A stretch of 64,000 bases of DNA from Octopus vulgaris (GCA_951406725.2 OX597829.1:40052001-40116000), one strand, 5' to 3'; positions 28,850-42,609 are shown, counted from the first letter of the stretch. A program made the numbers and translations. The notes: generated by a model not told the origin, from the letters alone.

Positions 28850-29082
28850 GTAATCGCTAGACAATGTAAAGTATTATAGCCATCTCAATATGGCTAACCA
28901 CTAAGGGTGGGTGTTACTGTAGCTTTTTAGCCCCAGGAGATCATCGTCTCCAGCTGGCTTTAGACACAATTTCTGTGCCATTATGGCATTTGCAAAGGGA
29001 GGCCATCCCTTTCTCGTAAGCCTAAGTGATACGCACCGGACCGCAGTTTCGAGATTATTGTCTCTTATCAACGGGCGGTATA
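28850..29082 (-). mobile_element. Diverged relative of the 356-bp unit at 59681, with U3:A8 hammerhead (29032-29077)
   Basis: Minus: CGCCCG TTGATAA GAGA CAATAA TCTC GAAA CTGCGG TC CGGTGCG; shares TAGCCA..TGGCTA, TTTAGCCCCAGG and TTGCAAAGGGA. Confidence 0.7.
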
Positions 29083-29264
29083 TATAAGCAAGCTACTTAC
29101 CACACAGCCACTCCTAGAAAACAAATGAAATATTGAACATACAATACAACGTGGAAAAATAGAACACATGAAATATAAAGAGAGACACGATGAGATGAAC
29201 AAGATAGTCTTTGTGAACCTATTACAACAATATAACATATGAAAAAAAACAGAAAATCAGAAAC

Positions 29265-29425
29265 GTGCAAATAGAAAAGGTAACGACAAGTGAAATGGTT
29301 AAGATTTTAGTAGATAGCTCAGTAATAATATCAAACCATAAAGAAAACAATAAACCCGATATTACGATGTCTGACCGCGAAAGAAAAGAAACAATTATAA
29401 TTGAAATTGGAGTAGTATCTGTCAT
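29265..29425 (+). pseudogene. Fragment of the restriction-like endonuclease domain of an R2/R4/NeSL-type non-LTR element
   Basis: KILVDSSV...NNKPDITMSDRERKETIIIEIGV resembles the ILWD...NRPDIV...IIDV motif. Confidence 0.5.
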
Positions 29426-29611
29426 TGGGTGGAATTTACAAGTGGAATATACCATGGTGGAATTCACCTATGGTGAAATTTACCTGGTGGAATTTACCAT
29501 GGTGGAATATACCTAGAACCGTGAGTGTATATATGTGTGTATGTATGTGTATGTATTTATGTATGTATATATAGTTATATGTGTTTGTATATGCATATGT
29601 GTGTATATATG

Positions 29612-29651
<40 letters not shown>

Positions 29652-30454
29652 TATATGTGTGTGTATGCATGTATATGTATACATATGTGTGTATGTATGT
29701 ATGTATAAATGTAGGTATATATATGTACGTGTATATATATCAAAAGGATGTGTTATAATGCTACTCCACAGCCATACTAACAATCCACTATACCCCCATC
29801 ATCAGCTGCCCCACTGATATCATTGTGGTTTCGATACCTGTATGTATGTATACTTTTTGTATGTTTATATGTAGGGAAGTAAATATTTGAGTTTGCATGA
29901 TATCCCCCTCCAAAATATATCAACAAACATTCCAAAACTAACCATATTTTTCTCTCTGCTGTCATCCCCACTTTATCAAAAGACATATCTTACACCTCAT
30001 TACAACTCCCCCACTTAAACTCATCTTTGATATAGAAAACTACTGAAACTTCCCTTTATATAATTAAGATAGTTGATTCAGGTATAAGAAAAGGATTTGA
30101 AAAACATCTGACCATTATATTTTCCACTAAAGGTCACCTATTCAAATGGAACCAGCAGGAGGGCACTTTCACAAGCCCTTCATAAAACACTCCTTAAACA
30201 CCTCATCACCTCCTGACTCCACCCTCAATCAATTGTTTTGTTTTTACCTTTCGCTATTTTCTTTCAGCTCTTGTTCATCAACATTCCTTCATTCCCACAC
30301 TTATTAACAAAACCCAAACCCCACCCAAACACTCCTAAATCTCTTATATATAATCTCTTATGTATACATCTCTTATGTATCACACTGCACAACACAATCT
30401 GGGATCAGTTTGACAATCGCCACTGACAAATGTGAGAAGGTTATCCAGAAAAGT

Positions 30455-30615
30455 AGGAGTGGCTGTGTGGTAAGTAGCTTGCTTATGAACCACACGATCC
30501 CGGGTTCCGTCTCACTACGTGGCACCTTGGGCAAGTGTTTTCTACTATAGCCTCCGGCCGACCGAAGACTTGTGAGTGGATTTGGTAGACGGAAACTGAA
30601 AAGAGGCCCGTCGTA

Positions 30616-30682
<67 letters not shown>

Positions 30683-31261
30683 TGGTGAGACTGTGTTTGT
30701 CCCCTTAACATTGCTTGACAACCCATGCTGGTGTGCTTATGTCCCTGTAACTTAGTGGTTCGGCAAAAGAGACCGATAGAATAAGTACTAGTGTTCATCA
30801 TCAACACTCCTTCACTCCCATCCTTATATACGAACCCCAGTCCCACCACATACACACCCAAATCTCTTATATATAGAATCATACAACACAACCTGAGATC
30901 AGTTTGACATTCGCCACTGACAAATGCAAGAAACTTCTCAAGGAAAGTTAATGAGCAATCTTTAAAAATTTCCCCCACCAAAGTTACAAAGAACTCAATA
31001 GTGCTACAAACCAAACTGCAAAATTATATTAAAAGATTAAACTGATTAGGACTACCAGTGAAGTCATTCTTTTCCTTTATATAGGTGTAGGAGTGGCTGT
31101 GTGGTAAGTAGCTTGCTTACCAACCACATGGTTCCGAGTTCAGTCCCATTTGTGCCACCTTGTGCAAGTGCCTTCTACTATAGCCTCGGACCGACCAAAG
31201 CCTTGTGAATGGATTTGGTAGACGGAAACTGAAAGAAGTCCGTCGTATATATGTATGTCTA

Positions 31262-31313
<52 letters not shown>

Positions 31314-31510
31314 TGTATCTGTGTTTGTCCTCCCAACATCGCCTGACAACCGATGCTGGCGTGTTTACGTCCCCGTAATCTAGCGGTTCGGCAAAAGAGA
31401 CCAATAGAATAAGTACTAGGCTTGCAAAGAATAAATCCTGGGGTCGATTTGCCCAACCAAAGGCGGTGCTCCAGCATGGCCACAGGGAAATGACTGAAAC
31501 AAGTAAGAGA
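30455..31510 (+). mobile_element. Two SINE family A copies (30455-30790, 31083-31510)
   Basis: Match to 275-686. Confidence 0.9.
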
Positions 31511-31544
31511 GTATACCTAACTGTATCAAGGATATCATACATTT

Positions 31545-31584
<40 letters not shown>

Positions 31585-32280
31585 TTTCTGGTTTTCTCTC
31601 CCACCCTTCCCTATTCTTCTCCCCCTCTCTCTTAATCCCCCTCCCACTTCTCGTCGCTGACCACTAAATTTCTTTCTGACTACTGCCTTCAACAAGTTCA
31701 CAACGGCTTCTCCTGTCCTCGTAAACCGTTTAATTTTTCCATCGTCTAGACTTAAAAGCTCTTATCGTTTGTTTTTACTGTGTTATTCTCCTTGTCCTGT
31801 CTTTTACTGTTTTTATTTGTATTGCTTTTACCGTCTTGTTTTGTTTTTGCTGTCCTGTTCTTGTCACCATTTTTACCCCTCCGCAAAAATTCCCAAATTG
31901 TATTTAATTTGCTTTGCGGGAAGGACTGTTTCAACGAAGTCGTGTCTTGCCCTTACCTTCGAAACACGGAGTAGTCGAAGCAGGGGCAGCTGAAGAAGAA
32001 GAATGTTCCTTGTGTTGTATGTCTTGTTTCTCTGTTTTTTGTTGTTTGAATAAGTCCATTTCCATGTTTTTGTTTTTGTTTTCGTTTCTCGTTGTGTTCT
32101 ACGTTTTTTGGTGTCCTGTACCCATACATGCATGTATATATACATATAGATGTAGGTATGTACATATATGTATGTATATTAATTTGTTTTTATATGATCG
32201 AACGCCACGCATCCACTTCCAAGTAAGTTTTACATATATATATATATATGTATATATATATACATACATTCTAGCAAAAA

Positions 32281-32318
32281 CTGTCCGACGAACGAGAACG
32301 TGAAACTCAGATTAACAG
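32281..32318 (+). ncRNA. Degenerate minimal hammerhead-like motif
   Basis: CTGT CCGACGA ACG AGAA CGT GAAA CTCAGAT TA ACAG. Confidence 0.45.
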
Positions 32319-32852
32319 GTTTTGTTGAATTTTCTGCTGCTTTAAATAAAGCACATTACTCTACCACTGGTATTTGAGTACTCTTTTTTCCACCTTGTTT
32401 CACATTTATGTGTTTACTCCGGTATATATATATATATATATATATATTAGAGGGAAACCACTATGTGGACAGCCATATTTGTGTGGACGTCCTAGTATGC
32501 AGTCCTACCAATTATATTCACCTTGGACGGTCGTACTGATGATCTACGGACAATTACGTAAGTAAGATTACGTAATTTGTTGATAAGAATAATCCATATT
32601 TTTATTACTTTTTCTTTTGTCTTGCTCGATTACGTTATGGTTGTTTTGCTAAATTTTTCTTGAGAGCATTTCTTAGTGGTGAGACCGTAGTGGATCTATT
32701 TCTAGCATATGGGTGTCCACATAGTGGTTTCCCTCTAATATATATATAATGCAATTTTACTGAACCTTCAGTTTTTTTTATGGTAGACCACTGGTCTGAA
32801 ATCGATGTTAATTAAATTAATATCCAGTTTCTCACCCTCATTTTAAATTTAA

Positions 32853-32893
<41 letters not shown>

Positions 32894-33556
32894 TTGCCTC
32901 TGATTCTTTGGTCTACTCTTCCCCCACTCTCACATTTCTCTGTCTTTCTCACTTTGCACTCACTAGCCAACCTGTGGGACGCACTCTTTCTTCTCTCCTC
33001 TTTAATTCCTTCTTTCTCTCTCTTCTTCCCCCTTTGTTGCCTTCGTCCCTCTTTTTCTCTCTCTCTTTGTTTCCTTTGCACCCTTTCTTTTCTCTCTCTT
33101 CTCTCACGTGACCGCTGGTCAAATCAGCCTTTTGGCCTCCGACCACTGCCGTGAGAACATCGTTGTCTTCGTCTGCCGATAAAGGCATTTTTTCCAAATA
33201 CGCCAGCTAAACTTGTACTGTTTATTGGTCGTAAGACACCCGCTGTTTTTGTCCTGTTTTTACCATTATTGTTTTTTGTATTTTATATTCGTGTGGCATC
33301 GTCCGTTTTTCTGTCCCTGTTTCGTATACATTCGATCCTTCTTCCAAGAAATCTAATGCTCGTAGCTTAGTTTTTCCTTGGGGCTGGCCGGATCGGAGCG
33401 ATCTCAAGATTAATCAGCCGAAATTGCTAGGATCATCCGGTTCTTGACCGAAGATTGAAGGCTTCAAATGTCCCGTCCGAGTTTTTTGTATCGTCTTCTA
33501 AATGTTTTACGTTCTTGTCCCAGTTTGTATTTTTCTACATATAATATATATATATA

Positions 33557-33973
33557 CTCTTACTCTTTTACTCTTTTACTTGTTTCAGTCATTTGACGGT
33601 GGCCATGCTGGAGCACCGCCTTTAATCGAGCAACTCGACCCCGGGACTTATTCTTTTGTAAGCCCAGTACTTATTCTATCGGTCTCTTTTGCCGAACCGC
33701 TAAGTAACGAGGACATAAACACACCAGCATCGGTTGTCAAGCAATGTTAGGGGGACAAACACAGACACACAAACACACACACGCATATATATACATATAT
33801 ACGACGGGCTTCTTTCAGTTTCCGTCTACCAAATCCACTCACAAGGCTTTGGTCGGCCCGAGGCTATAGTAGAAGACACTTGCCCAAGGTGCCGCGCAGT
33901 GGGACTGAACCCGGAACCATGTGGTTGGTAAACAAGTTACTTACCACAGTCACTCCTGCGCCACTCCTGCGCC
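33557..33973 (-). mobile_element. SINE family A
   Basis: Match to 275-686. Confidence 0.9.
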
Positions 33974-34386
33974 TATATATATATATATTGTGTGGTTTGC
34001 CAAACCAGGGTGAAGAAAAAGAAAAATGTTTGAGAAGGAAGGGGAGATAAAGAGGTGTGACTTTTGTAGCGGTATGGTCAGACTTGTTTGTTTAATACTT
34101 AGTGACCTTTTAGAGTGGGGGATGAGAAAGAATTTTTCTGTTTTAATTGGTCATGGTTTTTCTTCAATAAAAATTATAATTGCATTTCCATGCCTTCTTT
34201 ATCCTTTTTCTTTTGTATTCATTAATGTGGGGGAAGCAATGACGCGTGGATTTTGTATTAGTGTGGTCAAATTTTTTTAGAAGTCAAGATTTTAAATTAT
34301 ATACATGTTTAAAAAAATATATACATATATAATTATCCAACATTCGGACTACTTATTCTAAATATACAATATCTGTGCATCACTTC

Positions 34387-34664
<278 letters not shown>

Positions 34665-34689
34665 TACATATATATACATAAATATATGA

Positions 34690-36701
34690 ATAAATAAATG
34701 GAGTTTAACGCAGGTGTAAATCAAATATTTTTACTTTCGACACATGTTTCGAAAATTCCACTGATACTATTCAAAAGAATAAATGGTATAAACAATGCAA
34801 TCTTCTCTTCAGGAAAGTGAAAAAAACGAAACTCGTCAATCAGACATTTTAGCAAAAAATGATGGATTTGTATAGCGATAGACAGAACGCTATTAATATT
34901 GTTTAAAAAAACGTTATATGATATAACGTCATAAGTAGCTAACAGAAAGAGTAGGGATACCAATAGTGAATGTTAAATATAAAGGAAATTAAAGTTTAAA
35001 TTACATATAATGATAGAGACTACTTATATGCACTAAATGTGTGTTTTTGCCAATGCTTACATCTGTATGCTCACTCTATAACCGTGTTTACTAGAGTATT
35101 TTTTAGAAAAAATAATGAAAAATAGCTCAGAATTGTAGAGAAGACAGAATTCCTTGCCTTTGTCATAAGGTATCGAAATTGAGAGGATCAACCATTCTAA
35201 ATGAAATTGTTCATTGTGGTCTTTTAAATCCCAAATCAGTTTGCTGAGACCGGTACTATTACGTTTATTTCTATTCCCTAAATGTTGAGTAATGGATAGA
35301 AATTCTTTTAGATAACTCTAACGATGTGCTTCCAATGTAAAATCGTACTTTATTACGAGTACTGATTATACACTGGTATATAGAATTTTTAATCTTTGAG
35401 TTACTTGACATAAACTTAATTCTATTGGAATTGACTTCACATACAATAACCTTGTTATTAATATTTCTAGAGGGTTGGATGGTATTAGCTAAATTAATGC
35501 TAGTATTAGTAAATGTATTAATATTTAACAGTTTGTTATTGTGTGAAGAGATAATTTGTAAAAGATTTTTTTGTGTTTGAAAAACCGATCTTAACCGTAT
35601 GTGAATTGATAAAAGAATAATATCTAGACTGTTTTGGAAAATTCGAAACAGCAGTGGGAGATTAGATTTAATTTGTCTCCCGTAAGGAATTATTAACCAA
35701 ATATTTTTACTAGTATTCATAGCGTAATTATTTTTGAAGGTGTTATATTTACTTTTAGAACGATAATAGGAGATTAAATAAGGGTTATCTGCCTTCATTC
35801 GCTTTGTATCGGTGCGTAAGTTATGTTTGTTATCAATAATTCTTTTACGACTAGAAATCTTATCTACACCATTGAATTTACAATTAGACTGAGCAGAATC
35901 AATGTAGAAAATTTTCTCTGTATAACCTGTTTTAATTAAGGCAGAGTTATAGAATTCAGCGTTATTATTGAAAATATCAACATTAGCAGATAATTTAGAT
36001 AATCTAAATGAAATATTCTTAACTAAGTTCTTAGTAATTGCTCTAGGATGATTACTAAATTTGCTAATGTACTTAAGATTGGTCAATGGTTTTCAATATG
36101 GGAAGTAAGAGTCACTGTGTAAATTAAGCGTAATATTTAAAAAGTTGGCCTTCGTCATATCGTCATCAAAAACGATTTTTAAGCCCATTCTACTGAAAAA
36201 ATTAACTAAACTATTCTTAACTTTTTGTACCTTTTGGTTGGAAACATTTTGGAGGTAAAGTAACCAATCATCACATAAATGTTAGGGAACTCTTCTGCCA
36301 TTTCAAAAAGAATATATATACAGACCAAATCAGCTATCTGTGCTGAATCAGAACTTCCCATTGGTATATCGAAACTACCTGGTGTGTCTTTACAGACCCA
36401 CAACTTATCATCAAATTTAATAATAGATCTTCTGGCTGCCACCACAACATTAATTTCTTCTCGGGTGAGACCAGCTTCGTTATGAGCAAGCCAAAGTGCC
36501 TTATTAAGTACTATTGGATTGATAGATGAATAAAAATTGGAAATATCAAACTGGATAAACTTAGTACTCACCTTATTGGTAATAGAACTAAACCAGTCAA
36601 CTACTTCAAACGAATTAGTTCATAAACTAAGTTTTAATGTTCTAATTAAATTAGGAATATATTTATCTAGTATATTTTTACTAAGGATACCGATGTCAGA
36701 G

Positions 36702-36702
<1 letters not shown>
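34690..36702 (-). mobile_element. 5'-truncated Penelope-like element (RT + C-terminal GIY-YIG), between (TA)n tracts
   Basis: RT motifs IQFDISNFYSSI and FDIPMGSSDSAQIADLV; SNHP thumb motif; SIYQC...FYIGST endonuclease; frameshifted. Confidence 0.9.
34733..34818 (-). ncRNA. Hammerhead ribozyme in the 3' region of the Penelope-like element
   Basis: ACTTTC CTGAAGA GAAGATT...AATTTTC GAAA CATGTG TC GAAAGT: 6-bp stem I, canonical core, GUC site. Confidence 0.8.
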
Positions 36703-36751
<49 letters not shown>

Positions 36752-36909
36752 CAGCAACAATTTTGATTCAAATGAATATGGTACTTAATTTAGATGCACC
36801 AGAATTTTGTATGGTGTTATCCATAAAAATTTGCGGGGTGATTATAATAAAAAATAAGCAACAAGAATTTGTACCAAATTACCGGAGTCATTCTTGTTGC
36901 TTATTTTTG

Positions 36910-37037
<128 letters not shown>

Positions 37038-37069
37038 TATATGTATATATGTATTATGTATGTATGTAT

Positions 37070-37440
37070 TCTTTTATTTGTTTCAGTCATTTGACTGCGG
37101 CCATGCTGGAGCACCACTTTTACTCGAGCAAATCAACCCCAGGACTTGTTCTCTGTAAGCCTAGTACATATTGTATCGGTCTCTTTTGCCGAACAGCTAA
37201 GTTACGGGGACGTAAACACGCCAGCATCGGTTGTCAAGCGATGTTTGTTCCCTCAACATCGCTTGACAACCGATGCTGGCGTGTTTACATATACATATAC
37301 ATATACATATATACGACGGGCTTCTTTCAGTTTCCGTCTACCAAATCCACTCACAAAGCTTTGGTTGGCCCGAGGCTATAGTAGAAGATACTTGCCCAAG
37401 GTGCCACGCAGTGGGACTGAACCCGGAACCATGTGGTTTG
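37070..37440 (-). mobile_element. SINE family A, internally rearranged
   Basis: Match to 275-686 with a short internal inversion at ~37210-37290. Confidence 0.8.
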
Positions 37441-37689
37441 TACTCTATTTTCTTTTCTTCTTTTAACTGGATATAAACTATATGCTTTATAGATACTTAT
37501 TGTTTTACAACGACCCTCACCTCCCCTCCCACCCTAGTAGAGGTAAAATCCTTAACAACTCTAATGTGTCTGAATGACGGTAGGTTAAAAGCAAGAACAA
37601 CTATTTTGACACTTGTTACCAGACATTCACGGGATCCTTCTTTTCAGGTGCTGAATAGCATCTCTCCTTCCTGTGTTACCTCACATATC

Positions 37690-39875
37690 TCTTTCGCAGT
37701 GTTCAGAGTTGGCACTCTAAGTACCTTGGTAGAGAAAGCAATTAAGAGTATGAAGACAGGAAAAGCCCATCAGAAATCACTGCAGAGTTGCTCAAAATAT
37801 CTGGCAGTATCGGCTATAGTCTAGTCACCCGTATAGTTAACCAGGTGATACACGAAGGAGTCATACTCAATGACTGGTGTAGCAGCACTATAGTCAACTG
37901 CTACAAACGAAAAAGTGACGTTTTAGATACAAAAATTACAGAGGTATCAAGTTGTTAGATCAGGTAATGAAGGTCACGGAGAGGGTCATAGCCCAACTGT
38001 TTAGGGAGAGAGTCAGTTTAGATGAGATGTAGTTTGGGTTCGTGCCAGGGAAAAGCACCACTGATGCAATATTTCTGATAAGACAGCTGCAGGAGAAATA
38101 CCTGGCCAAAGATAAATCTCTGTACCTGGCTTTTGTTGACATGGAGATAGACTTTGATAGGACCCCCGATCCATTATCTGGTGGTCAATGAGGAAACTAG
38201 GGATAGATGAATGGTTAGTGAGAGCTGTGCAAGCCATATACAGGGACGCTGTCAGTAAGGTGAGGGTTGGCAACGAGTACAGTGAAGAATTCCAGGTGGA
38301 GGTAGGGGTCCACCAAGGTTCAGTCCTTAACCCCCTCCTTTTTATCATAGTCCTCCAGGCAATAACAAAGGAATTCAAGACAGGATGCCTCTGGGAGCTC
38401 CTCTATGCTGATGACCTTGCCCTAATTGCTGAGTTACTATAAGAATTAGAGGAGAAGTTTCAGGTGTGGAAACAAGGGTTAGAATCGAAGGGCCTTAGAG
38501 TCAACCGAGCTAAAACCAAAGTCCTAATAAGTAGGAAGGCAGGCAAACCACAAATCCCTTCAGGTAGATGACCCTGCTCAATCTGTAGAAAAGGTGTAGG
38601 TAGAAACTCTATAAGATGTACCCAGTGTAAGCTATGGACACATAAGAGGGCAGCAATGTCAAAGGAAGGCTAACTGGGAAGATAGTTTTTGTATGTGGCA
38701 GATGCTCAGGAGCAATAAACACTGAAAATGTGCAGAGAACAACTTCCGCCACATTCCAAGGAGAAAAACTAGAAAGTGTAGCTGCTAGAATAAGAATAGC
38801 TTGGGCAAAGTTCAGAGAGCTCTTACCTCTGCTGGTGACAAAGAGCCTCTCGCTCAGAGTAAAAGGTAGACTGTATGACGCATGTGTACGAACAGCCATG
38901 CTACATGGCAGTGAAACATGGGCCGTGACTGCTGAAGACATGTGTAAGCTCGCAAGGAATGAAGCCAGTATGATCCGATGGATATGTAATGTCAGTGTGC
39001 ACACTCGACAGAGTGTAAGTACCTTGAGAGAAAAGTTGGACTTAAGAAGCGTTCGATGTGGTGTGCAAGAGAGACGACTACACTCGTATGGTAATGTGGC
39101 GAGAATTGATGAGAATAGCTGTGTGGAAAAGTGCCACATCCTAGCGGTTGAGGGAACCTGTGGAAGAAGTAGACCAAGGAAGACCTGAGATGAAGTGGTG
39201 AAGCACAACCTTCGAACATTAGGCCTCACCGAGACAGTGACTAGTGACCGACATTTTTGGAAATATGCTGTGCTTGAGAAGACCCAGCAAGCCAAATGAG
39301 ACCATAACCTCGTGGCCTATGCCAGGGTGTAACCAGGCCACTTATGCGTACATTTCCTTCATTGGACACTAAACTCTGCTTATGAAGACCTATTGAGGCA
39401 AGTGAAATCGAAATCGAAATCAAATTCGATGACTGGAATCCGTGTTAGTGGGTTGCAAAGAGCACTATACGAGTGTGATCGTTGACAGAGCGGCTAACCG
39501 GCTTCCGTGCTGGTGGCACATAAAAAGCACCATTCGAGTGTGACTGTTACCAGCGTCGCCCTATTGCTGGTAGCACGTGAAAAAACATTCGAGCGAGGTC
39601 ATTACCAGTGCCGCTACACTGGCTCCTGTGCAGGTGGCACGTAAAAAAACACCATTTGAGCGTGGTCGTTTCCAGTACCGCCTGACTGTCCCTCGTACCG
39701 GTGGCACGTAAAAGCACCCACTATACTCTCGGAGTGGTTGGCGTTAGGAAGGGCATCCAGCTGTAGAGACTTTGCCAGATCAGATTGGAGCAGGGCGCAG
39801 CCATCTGGTTCGCCAGCCACAGTCAAATCGTCCAACCCATGCTAGCATGGAAAGCGGACGTTAAACGATGATGAT
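37690..39875 (+). mobile_element. 5'-truncated RTE-group LINE: RT pseudogene plus long 3' UTR
   Basis: GFVPGKSTTDAIF, AFVDME, GVHQGSVLNPLLF, LLYADDL, Cys-rich insert, LHGSETW, GRSRPRKT; repeated 3' UTR ending in (GAT)n. Confidence 0.9.
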
Positions 39876-40369
39876 ATATACTTTATTTAAAGGCAGCAGA
39901 AAAAATATATATAAATATATGTTATTCTCCGTGTCCTGTCTTTTACTGTTTATATTTTGTAGTCGTTACTGTCCTGTTTTTGTTACCATTTTTACCCCTC
40001 CGCAAAAAAATCTGAAATTTTATTTAATTTGATTTTCGCGGGAAGGAAAGTTTTATTGAAGTCATGTATCGCCTTGACCTTCGAAACGTGGAGTAGATGA
40101 AACAAAGGCGACTGAAGAAGGGGAATTTTCCTTGTATTGTATGTCCTGTACTTTATTTTTTCGTTGTTTAAGAAAAATGTCCATTTCCTTGGTTTTGTGT
40201 TTATGTTTTCGGTTCTCATTGTGTTCGAGGTTTTTTTTTTGGTGTCCTGTACCCATATATGCATGTATATATACATGTAGAGGTAGGTATGTACATATAT
40301 GTATGTATATATGCATATGTTTTATTTATTTATTAATTTATTATTATATATATATATATATATATATAT

Positions 40370-40985
40370 AAACTTAGATAAACTTAGATATGTTTCGACT
40401 AAAGATTGGTCCAGGCCATGTCTAACTTAATAGCACCACCTGATAGGATTATGCGAATCCTGTTTAAGGCAAGTTTTGTTCAAGTAGTGAGTTCTTGTTG
40501 GGTGAGTTGTATCCAATTATGGGTGGTTTATCTAGTATTCTTTGAAGGAATCTATCCAGACTCCGTTTAAAGTTGATGGGATCCTTTTCCTCTTTGATCT
40601 CCTTCGGGACAATGTTAAATAGGGCAGGGCCTGTTGAGGAAAAGAAATTATATTGCAGTGTACATGTATGTTGTGATCTTGAACTGGACAGGGGTCGTAT
40701 GGCCCGTGGTCCCAGTCTTGGATGAACCTTGAAGCTAATGATAAGGTCGTTTGGGCAAAGTTGGCGGTATATTCTCCACATCGTACAAATGATGTACCGC
40801 TCACAGCGACACTGGAGGGAGTAAAGTTTCAAGGCTTTAAGGCGATCCCAATAATCGAGAGCGGCCATGCGGTCAATTCGTTTAGTGAGTGCCCTCTGGG
40901 GAGACTCAATTCTGGAGATGTTTTGTCTTGTATGGGGAGACCACAGTGGGCAGCAGTATTCAAGGTGTGGCCGTACAAGGGAGGA
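40370..40985 (-). mobile_element. CR1/L2-group LINE 3' fragment
   Basis: SLVRPHLEYCCPLWSPH...YWDRLKALKLYSLQ; tail of repeated ATCTAAGTTT. Confidence 0.85.
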
Positions 40986-40997
40986 AAATATATATAT

Positions 40998-41162
40998 ATT
41001 AAGGGTGCTGGAATGCCAACATCTAGAAGCTAGAAGTAGATGCCAAATATCTATAATCCACTCTAAATTTGTTCTCAACTTACAACCCAAGTCTTCATGT
41101 GGATTATAGACATTTGACATCTACTTCTAGTGTATAGGTGTTGGCATTCAAGCACCCTTAAT
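40998..41162. repeat. Inverted repeat with ~60-bp arms
   Basis: ATTAAGGGTGCTGGAATGCCAACA / TGTTGGCATTCAAGCACCCTTAAT. Confidence 0.8.
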
Positions 41163-41191
41163 TATAATTATATTCTTATAATTTTATACTT

Positions 41192-41700
41192 CAGGAGTGG
41201 CTGTGTGGTAAGTAGCTTGCTAACCAACAACAATGCCTTGTGAGTGGATTTGGTAGACGGAAACTGAAAGAAGCCCGTCGTATATATGTATATATATATA
41301 TATGCGTGTGTGTATTTGTGTGTCTGTGTTTGTCCCCCTAGCATTGCTTGACAACCGATGCTGGTATGTTTATGTCCCCGTTACTTAGCGGTTCGGCAAA
41401 AGAGACCGATAGACTAAGTACTGGGTTTACAAAAGAATAAGTCCCGGGGTCGAGTTGCTCGATTAAAGGCGGTGCTCCAGCATGGCCGCAGTCAAATGAC
41501 TGAAAAAAGTAAAAGAGAGAGTAAAGAGATATACGATGGAATTGTTTCAGTTTCCGTCTTCCAAATTCACTGACAAGGCTTTGTTTGGCCTGAGGCTATA
41601 GTAGAAGACACTTTCCGAAGGTGCTACACAGTGGAACTGACCCCGGAATCATATGGTTGGGAAGCAAACCTCTTAGCACACAGCCACATTGGCGCCTATA
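41192..41700. mobile_element. SINE family A copies in opposite orientation (41192-41530 plus, 41530-41700 minus)
   Basis: Match to 275-686. Confidence 0.85.
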
Positions 41701-42040
41701 TGGTGGGTGTTTTTTTTTTATGTGCTAACCACTGATGTAACCATTTTTATGATTATATCCTCAATTTATCTCTCTACACTACACCATACGACTTTACACA
41801 TCACATCATATATACATACACACGTCCAGACCTCTCATACGCACTAATACTCTCTCATACACACACACACACTCTTAGGTTGGAGTGAGGTCATTCAACC
41901 CTATTATCTCCCCTAATTTCGCTCTTGCGTCTCACGTTTGATCTTTGACTTCTGGCCGAAATCAGATCGCCATGTTGATTCGCTAGCTTCTGCACGCATA
42001 TTTTTTTTCTCTCGTTCTTTCTGTGTTTTTTCTTTGTGTA

Positions 42041-42079
42041 TCTTTCTGTTGAAGAGCGTAGGCTCGAAACGTTAAAGAC
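42041..42079 (+). ncRNA. Minimal hammerhead-like motif (A6 variant) in a pLTR-like element
   Basis: TCTTT CTGTTGA A GAGC GTAG GCTC GAAA CG TT AAAGA; homologs at 62768-62805 (minus) and 63221. Confidence 0.6.
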
Positions 42080-42346
42080 TTGTTTTATTTATATTCCTGA
42101 GCGCCATACTAATACAATTGTTTGTTTGTATTCCACCTGCCTTCGTCTTTTGTTTATTTCCGTAAACCTGCCTTCGTCTTTTGTCTATTTTCATAAAGCT
42201 TCCCGTTATATATATGTATATATATACACTAGAGTGGATGCAAGCGCTAATATATGATTTATAAAAACATGTGACATATTAATAAAAATCTGTAAATGTA
42301 CAACCATCCAGATTTCTGAGTACCTTATTTCTTCTAATATATATAA

Positions 42347-42452
<106 letters not shown>

Positions 42453-42609
42453 TGTTTTAACACTTGTATCCAACACTGCCCAACCTTATTCGCCTCTATT
42501 ACTATTAACCCTTAACTGACCAGTGAAAGACCATTTCCTTTATGGTCAGTTACACCCAAATAAAATAATAGTTACATCTCTGTTTCAATAATCTTTTTGT
42601 CTGTGTGGG

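Noticed and set aside
31920-31990. Hammerhead in the 31750/39920 repeat family (GAAAC with flanking stems)
   Set aside because: No recognisable 7-nt core in either copy.
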